Notes: generated from the sequence alone by a model not told the origin. Counted from the stretch's first letter, positions 1-9,635 are shown. The stretch: DNA of 53,783 nt from Chthoniobacterales bacterium (GCA_049451035.1 JBMTVD010000002.1:1-53783); one strand, 5' to 3'. Numbers and translations are program-made.

Positions 1-617
1 ACGATGTGGTCAGCGGGTGGCGCAAGGACCGCCAGGACAATGCGCTGCAGCGCAATCTTCCGAGCATCATGGCCAACCGGCTCATCTCGGGAATGAGCGG
101 CGTGGCACTGCACGACTTCGGGTGCTCCCTCAAGGCCTACCGCGCGGAGGTCATCAAGGGCGTACGCCTGTACGGCGAGATGCACCGTTTTCTCCCCATC
201 TACGCCAAGTGGCACGGCGCGCGCATCACCGAGATTCCGGTCAGCCATCACGCGCGTCGCACGGGGAAATCCAAATACGGCCTGGAACGGGTCATGAAGG
301 TGATTTTCGACCTGCTGACCGTGCGTTTCATGGACCGGTACATGTTGAAGCCGATGTACCTTTTCGGGTTTTGGGGCATGCTCTTTTTCGCCGCCGCGGC
401 CGGTTTCAGTGTCTGGACCCTCTACATGCGCACGAAGGGGTATTTCTTCACGGCCACTCCCCTGCCGATGATGGCCGTCTTTTCCTTCATGACCGGCATC
501 ATCTGCGTCCTCATGGGGCTGCTGGCGGAAATGGTGACCCGCACCTTCCACGAATCGCAAAACAAGGCCATCTATCTCGTCCGCTCCACGCGCAACTTCC
601 AAGACGGCGACGGCTGA
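1..617 (+). CDS. Glycosyltransferase family 2, polyprenyl-phosphate sugar transferase type (GtrB/ArnC/DPM1-like). C-terminal part only; the 5' end lies outside the window.
   Basis: The reading frame is open to the window start (track ORF 6..617). It contains HDFGCSLKAYR and GEMHRFLP segments, followed by two hydrophobic C-terminal helices (LFGFWGMLFFAAAAGFSVW and MMAVFSFMTGIICVLMGLLA). That layout is typical of membrane-anchored GT2 bactoprenol-sugar transferases. Confidence 0.75.
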   Translation, partial: DVVSGWRKDRQDNALQRNLPSIMANRLISGMSGVALHDFGCSLKAYRAEVIKGVRLYGEMHRFLPIYAKWHGARITEIPVSHHARRTGKSKYGLERVMKVIFDLLTVRFMDRYMLKPMYLFGFWGMLFFAAAAGFSVWTLYMRTKGYFFTATPLPMMAVFSFMTGIICVLMGLLAEMVTRTFHESQNKAIYLVRSTRNFQDGDG

Positions 618-630
618 GGCCGCTGCATCC

Positions 631-2472
631 ATGTGCGGCATTGCGGGATTTGTCGGTCCGGGTACGCGGGATGATCTTCTGCGGATGACGCGCTGTCTGG
701 CCGACCGCGGGCCGGACGACGAAGGTATTTGCGAAAACAGCGGTGTCCACCTCGGCCACCGCCGCCTGAGTATCCTCGACCACGCCGGCGGCGCCCAACC
801 GATGACCGACTCCGCCGGTCGCCGTACCATCGTTTTCAACGGGGAAATCTACAACTTCGCCGAATTGCGCAAGGAGTTGGAGGCGGCCGGCCAGATTTTC
901 CGCACCGATCACTCGGACACCGAGGTCTTGCTGGCGGCGCACGCGGTCTGGGGCGACGCGATGGTCGAGCGCCTCAATGGCATGTGGGCCTTCGTGATCC
1001 ACGACCGGGCCACCAAGCGCCTCTTCGGCAGCCGCGACCGCTTCGGCAAGAAACCCTTCTATTACCACCATGCGGCGGCCCGCGGATTGTTTGTCTTTTC
1101 TTCCGAGCTGGATGCGCTTTTGCAGCATCCGCAGGTACCGCGCGGTATTTCCTCCGTGGCGGTCAGAAAATATTTCGCCTACGGCTATGTGCCGGCGCCG
1201 CTGGCCCTGACCGAAGGAGCACGCAAACTGCCGGGAGGCCATTCGTTTTCTCTCGACCTGACCGGCGGGGAGTTGCGGGTGTGGCCCTACTGGGCATACC
1301 AGCCTGCGCCCGAGGAAGGGGTGCCGTTGGAAAACCGTGTGGAGCAGTTGCGCGAGCTTTTGCGGGCCGCGGTACGCCGCCGGATGGTGGCCGATGTTCC
1401 GCTCGGCATTTTTCTCAGCGGGGGGCTGGATTCGTCCCTCGTGGCCACCTTGGCGGCCTCCGGGTTGCCGCGGGGAGAGTTGCAGACTTTCAGCATCGGC
1501 TTTGACGAGCCTTCCTACGACGAGTTGCCTCATGCCGCGCTGGTGGCCGAACGCATCGGCTCGCGGCACCGCACGGAGACGCTCGGCCTCGAGGGGGCCC
1601 GCCGGTTGTTGCCGGAGATTTACTCCCGGCTCGACGAGCCCAACGGCGACAGCTCTCTGCTGCCCACCTACCTGCTGAGCAAATTCACGCGCCGCAGCGT
1701 CACGGTGGCTTTGGGCGGCGACGGGGGAGACGAGCTGTTCGCCGGCTACGAACCGTTCCGCGCCCTCCGTTTTGCCAGGTCCTATCGCAGACTGCTGCCG
1801 CGCGCATTGCATCCGGCCATTCTCGCGCTGGCCGAAAAACTCCCCGTTTCGCACCGCTATCTCAGCTTTGACTTCGCGGTCAAACGCTTCCTGCGCGGAG
1901 CGGCCCAGCCGCCGCCGCTCTGGATACCGGTATGGATGGCCGGCATGGAAGGGTCTGATCTGCGCGAGTGTTTCGGCATGGACTTTGATCTCGAGGAAGT
2001 TTTTTCCGAGGCCATCGAGGCATGGGACGCCATCGAAAGCAATGATCCCGTGGAAAAAGCCACCGGGTTTTTCATCCGCCTTTATCTGCAAGAGAGCGTG
2101 TTGGCCAAGGTGGATCGCGCCAGCATGATGAACGGGCTCGAAGTGCGCGCTCCCTTTCTCGATATCGACGTGGTCGATTTCGTCCGGCGCGTCCCGGCCA
2201 ACCTGCGGTTGCGAGGGGGTGCGACCAAATACCTGCTCAAACAGGCCGCACGCGGCCTCGTCCCCGACAGCATCATCGACCGTCCCAAGAAAGGCTTCGG
2301 CGTTCCGGTCGGCGCGTGGTTCGCTGCGGGCGACCTCCGCATCGATTCGTCGATCATGCCTTGCCCCGGGGTGGCGGAGCGCCTGCAGCAGGAGCATGCG
2401 GCGAGGCGGAAAAACCACCGCCTGTTCCTCTGGAATGCCTGGGTTTATGGCGAGTGGAGGAAAGCGCGGTGA
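631..2472 (+). CDS. asnB: Asparagine synthase family glutamine amidotransferase (AsnB-like). Probably glycan-associated.
   Basis: 613 aa. The N-terminus is MCGIAGF, giving the Cys2 Ntn-amidotransferase nucleophile. An SGGLDSS PP-loop ATP-pyrophosphatase motif is present. The gene lies between two glycosyltransferase genes. Confidence 0.9.
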   Translation: MCGIAGFVGPGTRDDLLRMTRCLADRGPDDEGICENSGVHLGHRRLSILDHAGGAQPMTDSAGRRTIVFNGEIYNFAELRKELEAAGQIFRTDHSDTEVLLAAHAVWGDAMVERLNGMWAFVIHDRATKRLFGSRDRFGKKPFYYHHAAARGLFVFSSELDALLQHPQVPRGISSVAVRKYFAYGYVPAPLALTEGARKLPGGHSFSLDLTGGELRVWPYWAYQPAPEEGVPLENRVEQLRELLRAAVRRRMVADVPLGIFLSGGLDSSLVATLAASGLPRGELQTFSIGFDEPSYDELPHAALVAERIGSRHRTETLGLEGARRLLPEIYSRLDEPNGDSSLLPTYLLSKFTRRSVTVALGGDGGDELFAGYEPFRALRFARSYRRLLPRALHPAILALAEKLPVSHRYLSFDFAVKRFLRGAAQPPPLWIPVWMAGMEGSDLRECFGMDFDLEEVFSEAIEAWDAIESNDPVEKATGFFIRLYLQESVLAKVDRASMMNGLEVRAPFLDIDVVDFVRRVPANLRLRGGATKYLLKQAARGLVPDSIIDRPKKGFGVPVGAWFAAGDLRIDSSIMPCPGVAERLQQEHAARRKNHRLFLWNAWVYGEWRKAR

Positions 2473-3599
2473 AGATCCTGACCGTTTGCTACGAATATCC
2501 GCCGGTCGGCGGGGGTGGGGGCAACATGGCGCGAAACATTGCCGGTGGACTGGCCCGCCGTGGGCATGAGGTCAAGGTGCAGACCGTGCGCCTGCGCGGC
2601 TTGGACCGAAAAGAAATGTCCGGGGGCGTGGAAGTGCGGCGCAGTTTCGGTTTCCGGCGGCGCGCCGAGTTCTGCACGGTGCCGGAAATGGCAGGCTATC
2701 TCCTGGGTGCATTCTTTCCTGCTTGGCGCCTGGCCGCTTCATGGCGTCCGGATGTTATCCACGCCCACTTTGCTGTGCCGAGCGGAGCCCTGGCTTGGCC
2801 GCTGCACCATTTGACCGGCATTCCCTATGCGTTGACTGTGCATCTCGGTGATTTGCCCGGCGGCAACCCGGATCAAACAGACCACCTCTTTCGTTTCTTG
2901 AATCCCCTCATCCGTCCGGTTTGGCGCAGTGCGGGTGCCGTCTCGGCCAGTAGCCGCTTTGCCGCGAATTTGGCCGAGGCTTCCTACGGAATGCGGCCGC
3001 AGGTCATCCACAACGGCATCTCCATGGCCGGCAGACCCGCCGCCGCCCGCGCCCCCGGCGACACCTTGCGTTTCGTGGCGGTGGGCCGCTTCAATCCGCA
3101 AAAAAATTTCCCTTGGATGATCCGGGCACTGGCCCGCTGCCGCTTTGCATGGACTCTCGATCTGATCGGCGACGGGGCGCAAGCGGGCAAGATTCGCACG
3201 ACCGTGAGCGAGACAAAGACCGGTGATCGCGTCTGCCTGCACGGATGGTTGCCCGAGGAAAAAATGCGCGAAATTCTCGGTGCGGCCGATGTGCTCCTCA
3301 TGCCCTCGACATCGGAGGGTAACCCGGTCTCGGCTGTCGAAGCACTCAAACTGGGGGTCGCTATGGTCGGGAGTACAACCCCCGGCCTGTCCGATCTGAT
3401 CGAGGACGGCGGCAACGGATACGCTGTGCCGATCGAGTCCGTGGAACCGTTCTTGGACAAATTACATCATCTGGCCGCCGATCGCGGGCTCTTGGGGAAA
3501 ATGAAAGCTCGGAGTCTGGAGATGTCGCCGCAGTTCGATATCGAGGCTATCGCCAAGAAGTTCGAGGATTTGTTGGGTCGGGTCAGCCGAGGACGTTGA
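2469..3599 (+). CDS. Glycosyltransferase family 4 (group 1 GT-B fold)
   Basis: I place the start at GTG 2469, which overlaps the asnB stop (GTGA at 2469-2472). The protein then begins VKILTVCYEYPPVGGGGGNMA, a typical GT4 N-terminus. The C-terminal region has the PSTSEGNPVSAVEALKLG E-x7-E motif. The track's upstream extension (from 2316) lies inside asnB. Confidence 0.85.
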   Translation: MKILTVCYEYPPVGGGGGNMARNIAGGLARRGHEVKVQTVRLRGLDRKEMSGGVEVRRSFGFRRRAEFCTVPEMAGYLLGAFFPAWRLAASWRPDVIHAHFAVPSGALAWPLHHLTGIPYALTVHLGDLPGGNPDQTDHLFRFLNPLIRPVWRSAGAVSASSRFAANLAEASYGMRPQVIHNGISMAGRPAAARAPGDTLRFVAVGRFNPQKNFPWMIRALARCRFAWTLDLIGDGAQAGKIRTTVSETKTGDRVCLHGWLPEEKMREILGAADVLLMPSTSEGNPVSAVEALKLGVAMVGSTTPGLSDLIEDGGNGYAVPIESVEPFLDKLHHLAADRGLLGKMKARSLEMSPQFDIEAIAKKFEDLLGRVSRGR

Positions 3600-4503
3600 A
3601 GCCCTCCTCACACATCACCTCTTGGAGTCCGCGGCGCAGATCCCGGAGCGGCACCCAACCTGTGGCGGTAGTGAACTTTTTCGGTGACAGCAGAGAAGAG
3701 TGCACATCCCAAGACACGTCGGGCACGTCCACGCAATGCACTTTGAATCCGCCGATCTCTGCCAGCAGTTGGATGATATCAAGCGTGCGCACAGAGTGCC
3801 CGCTGCAAACATTGTAGGTTCCCGTCAACCTGTGGCGGAGGCAGTCCATGACCGCGTGCTCGAAGTCCGCAATATGAAGAAAATCCTTGAGTGAAGCGCC
3901 GCCTCCCACGAGCGGCAAAGGCTGGCCCGTGCGGACTGCGTGGAGCGCGGCGCCGACTATGCCTTGGGGTTTGTCGGTTGCATGACGCAGACCGTAGGGG
4001 TTGGAGGGTCGAAGGATGCAGAGCGAGGCGGTGGTTCGTCGCGCCCGGGTGGCCAGCAACGCTTCCGCTTCGACTTTGCCGCGCCCGTACCAACCGACCG
4101 GTTTGAGCGGCGCATCTTCATCGGCGGCCTTTTCGCACTCGCCGTAGACCGCGCCGCCGGAGGAGAGAAAAACAAAATGCAAAGGCTCGGGATTCCGGCG
4201 TCGGGCCACGGCATCCAAAAGACGATCCAGCAGGGGCAGGTCCTCGGTCTGGAAGGAGCCGGGATTTTGCTCCGCCGTCGCCGGCAGAGAGCTCCATGCG
4301 CAATGGATCAGCGCGGCGGAACTTTCCAGGAGCTCCGAAGATTCGAGCTCCTCGTAGGACACGTGGCCTTGGCCCGGCTGCCGGGAGACCTTGACGACTT
4401 CGAGGCCCGCGTTGCCCATGGCTTCGACCAAATGCGAGGCCAAGCGTCCGCGCGAACCAGTTACGATCACGGGAGCCCGGGGAAGCAGCGGTTTGTCCAC
4501 CAT
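3583..4503 (-). CDS. NAD-dependent epimerase/dehydratase (extended SDR family)
   Basis: ATG at 4503 gives MVDKPLLPRAPVIVTGSRGRLASHL with a Rossmann glycine motif. YGRGK supplies the catalytic YxxxK. 306 aa. The track ORF extends to 5025, but that extension is Arg-rich and lies antisense to pfkA. Confidence 0.8.
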   Translation of the reverse strand: MVDKPLLPRAPVIVTGSRGRLASHLVEAMGNAGLEVVKVSRQPGQGHVSYEELESSELLESSAALIHCAWSSLPATAEQNPGSFQTEDLPLLDRLLDAVARRRNPEPLHFVFLSSGGAVYGECEKAADEDAPLKPVGWYGRGKVEAEALLATRARRTTASLCILRPSNPYGLRHATDKPQGIVGAALHAVRTGQPLPLVGGGASLKDFLHIADFEHAVMDCLRHRLTGTYNVCSGHSVRTLDIIQLLAEIGGFKVHCVDVPDVSWDVHSSLLSPKKFTTATGWVPLRDLRRGLQEVMCEEGFNVLG

Positions 4504-4511
4504 GGTTGCGT

Positions 4512-5588
4512 TCAGTCGCCGAGAAACAAACCGAGCGCTTTGGCGTGCCGTAGAATCTGCGAGTCGGGCGAGATCGACCGGCGACGATTGACCGCATCGG
4601 CCAGCGCCACGTCGGTGACCGCACCGAAACGGTAGCTGACCATGCGTCCGAACATTCCGTCGGTGCAAAGCTCGACTGCGCGCACGCCGAATTGTTGCCC
4701 GAGCACCCGGTCGAAAGCCGTCGGTGCCCCGCCCCGCTGGAGATGCCCGAGCACGGCGGAGCGCGTCTCGCGTCCGGCGCGGGCGACGAGCGATTCGACA
4801 TAAGCCCCGATGCCCCCGAGGCGGTTCTCCCCCGAGCCGGTCTGACGCCGCATTTGGCGACCCGCTTTGGCGCGCGCGCCTTCGGCGGTCACGATGACCG
4901 CGGATCGATGACCCCGGCGCTCCGTATCCTTGACGAAGCGTGAGAGAAGGTCGGTGTCGAAAGGGATTTCCGGAATGAGGGCCGCATCGGCACCGCCGGC
5001 CACCGCGCCGTGCAATGCCAGCCATCCGGTGTGTCGCCCCATGACCTCAAGCACGATAACCCGGCGATGGCTTTCGGCCGTGGTGCGCAGGTTCTGCACG
5101 GCTTCGGCCACCCGAGCCACGGCGGTATCGAAACCAAATGTCACGTCCGTCGATTCAAGATCGTTATCGATCGTCTTGGGCACCCCGATGACGCGTAATC
5201 CTGCGCGGGAAAGTTGCAGGGCGGTGCGCAGTGAGCCGTCCCCGCCCATGACGACAAGGGAACTGCAACGCTGTTGCTCGAGCGCGCTTCGCGCCGCACG
5301 GACCAGCGAATCCGGCAGGCTGCTGGTTCCGTCCGCGCCGCGGCGGAGTTGGAAGCGCCCCTTGTTGGTCGAGCCGATGATGGTACCGCCGGAGGCCTCG
5401 ATTCCCCGGGTTTCCCCGGGGGGCAAAACGCGGGCCCTTTGGGGGTTGAGCAGGCCCTCGTAGCCCTCGGCGAAGCCGACGACCTCCAGGCCCCGATGTC
5501 CCGCCGCGCAGGCAATGCCCTTGATGACGGCATTGAGCCCGGCGCAATCGCCGCCCGCGGTGACAATACCGATGCGCGGCGCGGGCAT
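4512..5588 (-). CDS. pfkA: ATP-dependent 6-phosphofructokinase
   Basis: ATG at 5588 gives MPAPRIGIVTAGGDCAGLNAVI. GGDGS, PKTIDND and MGR motifs are present. The Gly in GGDGS is the ATP-type rather than the PPi-type signature. Confidence 0.9.
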   Translation of the reverse strand: MPAPRIGIVTAGGDCAGLNAVIKGIACAAGHRGLEVVGFAEGYEGLLNPQRARVLPPGETRGIEASGGTIIGSTNKGRFQLRRGADGTSSLPDSLVRAARSALEQQRCSSLVVMGGDGSLRTALQLSRAGLRVIGVPKTIDNDLESTDVTFGFDTAVARVAEAVQNLRTTAESHRRVIVLEVMGRHTGWLALHGAVAGGADAALIPEIPFDTDLLSRFVKDTERRGHRSAVIVTAEGARAKAGRQMRRQTGSGENRLGGIGAYVESLVARAGRETRSAVLGHLQRGGAPTAFDRVLGQQFGVRAVELCTDGMFGRMVSYRFGAVTDVALADAVNRRRSISPDSQILRHAKALGLFLGD

Positions 5589-5593
5589 GGGGC

Positions 5594-6514
5594 TCAAAGG
5601 GTCGTTCGCTTCGAAACAAGACGGCCCTGGGCGGCCCACTTGTCGTGCAACTGCCAGCCGCGGCGAACCAGAGCCAGCCCCTCGCCGAAACGATCCGGCG
5701 AACCGAGGACGACAACTTTGATGCGCCGCGGAATGGCGGCCTGCTGGCCGTTGACATCGACCGCCTGCGGTTCGCGGTCGGAGCTGAGGATCACGCAATC
5801 CCCCGCGCGCGAGGTGCGGCCCGTTTTGACGCCGTCGATTCCTTCCTGACCCAGAAGTTGGTTGGTGTTCTGCAAACGGTAAGCGCGCCGTGTGCCGTCG
5901 GGAGCCGTGATGTTGATTTCACGCGAGGTCTGGGACACGGCGAAGTTGAATGCCGCATTGTCACCCGCATAGCGGGTCAGCCGGGCGAGATCCGCGGCGG
6001 TCGAGTACGGCGGATTCTCGAGGTTGTCGATGCCGTGGGGATTGAGAAAGAGGGTCCTCTTCATGCGCAGGGTGCGGGCCAAGGCGTTCATGTGCGCGGT
6101 GAAGTTTCCCACCGGGTCGAGTCGCTCGTTGTTGGGCAGGCGCGCACCGACATTGTAAGCGAGGGTGTACGCGGCGTGGTTGTCCGACTGCATGAGGGCC
6201 GCGTAAACGAGGTCGCGCAGCGAGACGCGGTCGCCTGGTTGGAGGCCGCAGGCATTTTCACCGCCGACGCCCGCGATGCCGCCCGGCACCTCGACCTCCG
6301 CGGCCATGGAGGAGTCGGTCGCGGCCGCCCAGTCAAGAGCCACCATGGCCGCGGCGATCTTGGTCAGACTGGCGACCTGCCTTTTTTCGTTGGCGTTGGA
6401 CGAATCGAGAATGTGACCCGTTTCGTCGTCGACAATAATGTAGCTTTGGGCCGCACGGGCGGTCGCCAGCGACGTGAAGGCGGCCAAAAGGAGAAGGAGT
6501 GCCGGTAAACGCAT
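5594..6514 (-). CDS. D-alanyl-D-alanine carboxypeptidase (serine peptidase S11, low-molecular-weight PBP)
   Basis: A signal peptide is present (MRLPALLLLLAAFTSLATARA). The three penicillin-binding motifs are SLTK (SxxK), SDN (SxN) and KTG. Confidence 0.9.
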   Translation of the reverse strand: MRLPALLLLLAAFTSLATARAAQSYIIVDDETGHILDSSNANEKRQVASLTKIAAAMVALDWAAATDSSMAAEVEVPGGIAGVGGENACGLQPGDRVSLRDLVYAALMQSDNHAAYTLAYNVGARLPNNERLDPVGNFTAHMNALARTLRMKRTLFLNPHGIDNLENPPYSTAADLARLTRYAGDNAAFNFAVSQTSREINITAPDGTRRAYRLQNTNQLLGQEGIDGVKTGRTSRAGDCVILSSDREPQAVDVNGQQAAIPRRIKVVVLGSPDRFGEGLALVRRGWQLHDKWAAQGRLVSKRTTL

Positions 6515-6611
6515 AATTTGCTGGGTGGGATACTAGTGGCGGCGCCACGGGATTCCAAGCCCGCGAGGAGGCGATTGCCGCGGGCCCCCCGCGCTGCTTA
6601 ACTGAAAGATC

Positions 6612-7814
6612 GTGAGCAAGTCCCTTTTCGACCCCATCGAGGCCGTGGTCAAAGACATCAAGGCCGGCCGCATGGTCATCGTGACCGACGATGCCGAACG
6701 CGAAAACGAGGGCGACCTGGTCATGGCCGCCTCCAAGGTCACTCCGGAAGCAGTCAACTTCATGGCGAAAAACGGCCGAGGTCTCATTTGCGTCCCCCTC
6801 GCCGAATCAAGGGCCCGCCAACTCGGGCTGCAGCGCATGGTGGCGAACAACCGCGAAATCCACCGCACCGACTTCACGGTTTCGGTCGACGCGGCCAAAG
6901 GCGTGAGCACGGGTATCAGCGCGCGGGATCGGGCGCGCACCATCAAGACGCTGGCCTCGCCCAAATCCGTCCCGGCCGATCTGACGCAGCCCGGACATGT
7001 CTTTCCCCTGCAAGCCAGGGAAGGCGGGGTGCTGCAGCGGGCGGGCCACACCGAAGCGGCGGTCGATCTGGCGCGTCTGGCGGGCCTCGATGCCTCGGGG
7101 GTCATTTGCGAGGTGCTGAAAGAAGACGGTTCGATGGCGCGTTTGCCCGACCTGCAGCTTTTCCGCCGGCGCCACAAGCTGAAGATGTGCAGTATCCGCG
7201 ACCTCATTGCCTACCGTCGCCTCCGCGAGAAACTGGTCGAGCGCGAGCAATGCGTCAGTTTGCCGACCGAGTTCGGGGACTTCGATTTGTATCTCTACCG
7301 GTCGCTGACCGACGGGGCGCACCATCTCGCGCTGGTGCGCGGCGAAGTCGGCCCCAAGCAACCTGTTCTGGTGAGGGTGCACAGCGAATGCCTGACCGGC
7401 GACGTCTTCGGTTCCCGGCGTTGCGACTGCGGCTCCCAACTGCACCAAGCCCTCAAGCAAATCGCCGATCACGGAAGCGGTGTTCTTGTCTACATGCGCC
7501 AGGAAGGCCGCGGCATCGGTCTTCCTGCCAAGATCCACGCCTACAAACTTCAGGAGTCGGGGCTGGACACGGTGGAGGCCAACGAGCGTCTCGGGTTTCC
7601 CATGGACCTGCGCGAATACGGTCTGGGGGCCCAGATCCTGTCGGATCTCGGGGTGCGCAAGATCCGTCTTTTGACCAACAATCCGCGCAAGATGGTCGGC
7701 CTGTCGGGTCACGGTTTGGAAATCGTGGGTCGTGTGCCGATCAAATCCCAACCCCATGCTCAGAACGCGCGCTATCTGCGCACGAAAAAGCGGAAAATGG
7801 GGCACTTTCTCTGA
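6612..7814 (+). CDS. ribBA: Bifunctional 3,4-dihydroxy-2-butanone-4-phosphate synthase / GTP cyclohydrolase II
   Basis: GTG start at 6612, with an in-frame TGA at 6603. The N-terminal half (VTDDAERENEGDLV) is RibB-like. The C-terminal half (HSECLTGDVFGSRRCDCG) carries the RibA zinc and GTP site. Confidence 0.95.
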   Translation: MSKSLFDPIEAVVKDIKAGRMVIVTDDAERENEGDLVMAASKVTPEAVNFMAKNGRGLICVPLAESRARQLGLQRMVANNREIHRTDFTVSVDAAKGVSTGISARDRARTIKTLASPKSVPADLTQPGHVFPLQAREGGVLQRAGHTEAAVDLARLAGLDASGVICEVLKEDGSMARLPDLQLFRRRHKLKMCSIRDLIAYRRLREKLVEREQCVSLPTEFGDFDLYLYRSLTDGAHHLALVRGEVGPKQPVLVRVHSECLTGDVFGSRRCDCGSQLHQALKQIADHGSGVLVYMRQEGRGIGLPAKIHAYKLQESGLDTVEANERLGFPMDLREYGLGAQILSDLGVRKIRLLTNNPRKMVGLSGHGLEIVGRVPIKSQPHAQNARYLRTKKRKMGHFL

Positions 7815-7849
7815 TTGCGCCGCGCCGCGCCGCTCTGACACAAAAAGCC

Positions 7850-8353
7850 ATGTCCACGAAACTTCCGACCAGACCGCCCAGGTTCGATACGCTGAACGGG
7901 CCGCGCTTCGCCATCGTGGCCGGCGAATACAATCCCGAGTTCGTGCAGGGGCTGATCAACCACACCTGCAAGGAGCTTTACCAAATCGAGGAAAGGAGCT
8001 CGATCGAGCTCTTCAGCGCCCCGGGTTCTTTCGAAATACCCCTCGTGGCCGAGATGGTTGCCACGACGAAAAATTACGATGTTATCATCGCCCTTGGTCT
8101 GATTCTCCAGGGTGAGACCAAGCACGCGGAGCTCGTCGCCCAGAGTGTCTCGGGTGCCCTGCAGCAGGTGGCCCTCAAGCATGTTGTGCCCGTGATCCAC
8201 GAGGTCCTTTTGGTCGCCTCGGAGGAAGAAGCGCGGGCACGCTGCCTGGGCAAAGAGTTGAATCGCGGTACCGAGGCGGCCCGCGCGGCGTTTGTCATGC
8301 TCCGCACCCAGCAGCAGTTACGCGCCGCCGCCTCGCGGCGCACCCTCAAATGA
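7850..8353 (+). CDS. ribH: 6,7-dimethyl-8-ribityllumazine synthase
   Basis: ATG at 7850. The protein is 167 aa and begins with RFAIVAGEYNPEFVQGL, then GSFEIPLVA and ALGLILQGETKH, which are characteristic lumazine synthase segments. It sits in the conserved position between ribBA and nusB. Confidence 0.93.
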   Translation: MSTKLPTRPPRFDTLNGPRFAIVAGEYNPEFVQGLINHTCKELYQIEERSSIELFSAPGSFEIPLVAEMVATTKNYDVIIALGLILQGETKHAELVAQSVSGALQQVALKHVVPVIHEVLLVASEEEARARCLGKELNRGTEAARAAFVMLRTQQQLRAAASRRTLK

Positions 8354-8781
8354 GCGGTATCTCCGGACAAAAAGAAAACCGCCGGCAGGCGCGGGTCCAA
8401 GCGGTGCAGGAGCTCTACGGTCGCGAAATGCGCGGCACCCTGGGCGAAACCGAAAAACCGCCCGCCGAGAGCGGCGAGTTGGTCCCGTTCGCCCGCGATC
8501 TTCTCGACCAAGCGGTCGTCCGGCTCGCCGAAATCGACACGCTGCTGGCTGCGGCCCTGCAGAACTGGGATCTCAAGCGTCTCGGGGCGGTGGACCGGGC
8601 CGTGCTTCGCTCGGCCGTAGCCGAGATGCTCGCGCATCCCGACATCCCCGCCGCCGTGACAATCAACGAGGCGATCGAGATCGCGCGCAGTTTGGGCTCC
8701 GCTGAGTCGGCCCGCTTTGCCAACGGTGTTCTCGACCGCGTGCGTCGGGAACTCGGGCGCGATCCCCGCGCAACCGCCTGA
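8350..8781 (+). CDS. nusB: Transcription antitermination factor NusB
   Basis: 143 aa. The ATG overlaps the ribH stop (ATGA at 8350-8353). NusB-like segments are present (RRQARVQAVQELY, DRAVLRSAVAEML, INEAIEIAR). Confidence 0.92.
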   Translation: MSGISGQKENRRQARVQAVQELYGREMRGTLGETEKPPAESGELVPFARDLLDQAVVRLAEIDTLLAAALQNWDLKRLGAVDRAVLRSAVAEMLAHPDIPAAVTINEAIEIARSLGSAESARFANGVLDRVRRELGRDPRATA

Positions 8782-8783
8782 AC

Positions 8784-9635
8784 ATGGCCGGCGGATTTCT
8801 GCGTGCCATCGCCGAGCGTTTTCGCGGCCGACCGGTCGACTGGGACGAGTTGGAGTCCCTCCTTTGGCAGGCCGACCTCGGGGTCAAGGTGACCACCACC
8901 CTGCTCGAGGCTTTGCGTGCCGAAACCGGATTTTCCGCGACGGCCGACGAGGTGGTGCGCCAGGCCCGCGGGCGTTTGATGGCCATGTTGCCTCCGCCTT
9001 GGCCGCCCTTGCTGCCCGTGCCCGGTGCGACCCGTGTCGTCCTCGTGGTGGGGGTCAATGGCACCGGCAAAACGACCTCCATCGCCAAACTTGCCGCATT
9101 ACTCAAGCGCGAGGGGAGATCGGTCATGCTGGCCGCGGGAGACACCTTCCGCGCCGCCGCGGTCGAACAGTTGGTCGCCTGGGGCGAGCGGTTGGGCGTC
9201 CCGGTGATCCGCGGTGCCTATCAGGGCGACCCCGCGGCGGTTTGCCACGACGCCCTCGAGGCCGCCGCGCGCGACCGGGCGGACTTTCTCCTCGTCGATA
9301 CCGCGGGACGCCTGCACACCAAGCACAACCTCATGCAGGAACTGGCCAAAGTTAAACGCGTGCTCGGCAAGAAAGATCCCTCCAGTCCCCACGAGATCCT
9401 CATCGTGCTTGACGCATCGACCGGCACCAACGCCCTGGAGCAGGCGCGGCAGTTCAAGGAGGCGTGCGGTCTGACCGGCGCGATCTTGACCAAGCTCGAC
9501 GGGAGCGGGCGCGGTGGCACGGCGGTCGCACTCCAGCAGGAACTCGATGTGGCGGTGCGCTATGTCGGAACCGGGGAGAAGGAAACGGACTTTGCGCGCT
9601 TCGATCCGCAGAAGTTCGCCGCCGAAATGTTCTGA
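8784..9635 (+). CDS. ftsY: Signal recognition particle receptor FtsY (short NG-domain form)
   Basis: The GTPase motifs are present: GVNGTGKTTS (G1), DTAGR (G3) and TKLDGSGRGG (G4 region). 283 aa. Confidence 0.93.
   Translation: MAGGFLRAIAERFRGRPVDWDELESLLWQADLGVKVTTTLLEALRAETGFSATADEVVRQARGRLMAMLPPPWPPLLPVPGATRVVLVVGVNGTGKTTSIAKLAALLKREGRSVMLAAGDTFRAAAVEQLVAWGERLGVPVIRGAYQGDPAAVCHDALEAAARDRADFLLVDTAGRLHTKHNLMQELAKVKRVLGKKDPSSPHEILIVLDASTGTNALEQARQFKEACGLTGAILTKLDGSGRGGTAVALQQELDVAVRYVGTGEKETDFARFDPQKFAAEMF

Noticed and set aside
3583-5025. N-terminal extensions in the track ORFs of many genes:
- epimerase to 5025
- pfkA to 5798
- ribH from 6788
- GH57 from 10749
- mrdA to 18044
- mreD to 18715
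- hemY from 22525
- hemH from 23922
- ABC ATPase to 29801
- SLT to 35220
- argF to 45241
- argD to 46583
   Set aside because: The extensions run into the neighbouring gene, are Arg/Pro/Gly-rich, and are not matched by the N-termini I know for these families. In each case an internal ATG or GTG gives a canonical N-terminus, often in an ATGA, GTGA or TGATG junction with the upstream gene.
6515-6611. Possible FMN (RFN) riboswitch upstream of ribBA. The spacer contains AAGCCCGCGAGG and a hairpin, GCCCGCG (6559-6565) and CGCGGGC (6579-6585), with an AGGAGG-containing 13-nt loop.
   Set aside because: The whole spacer is only 97 nt and must also hold the divergent promoter for the carboxypeptidase gene. 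The multi-helix RFN core is longer as I remember it, and I cannot find its other conserved segments. The AGGAGG lies 40 nt from the GTG start, so it is not the ribBA ribosome-binding site. An Infernal scan with the Rfam FMN model would settle it.
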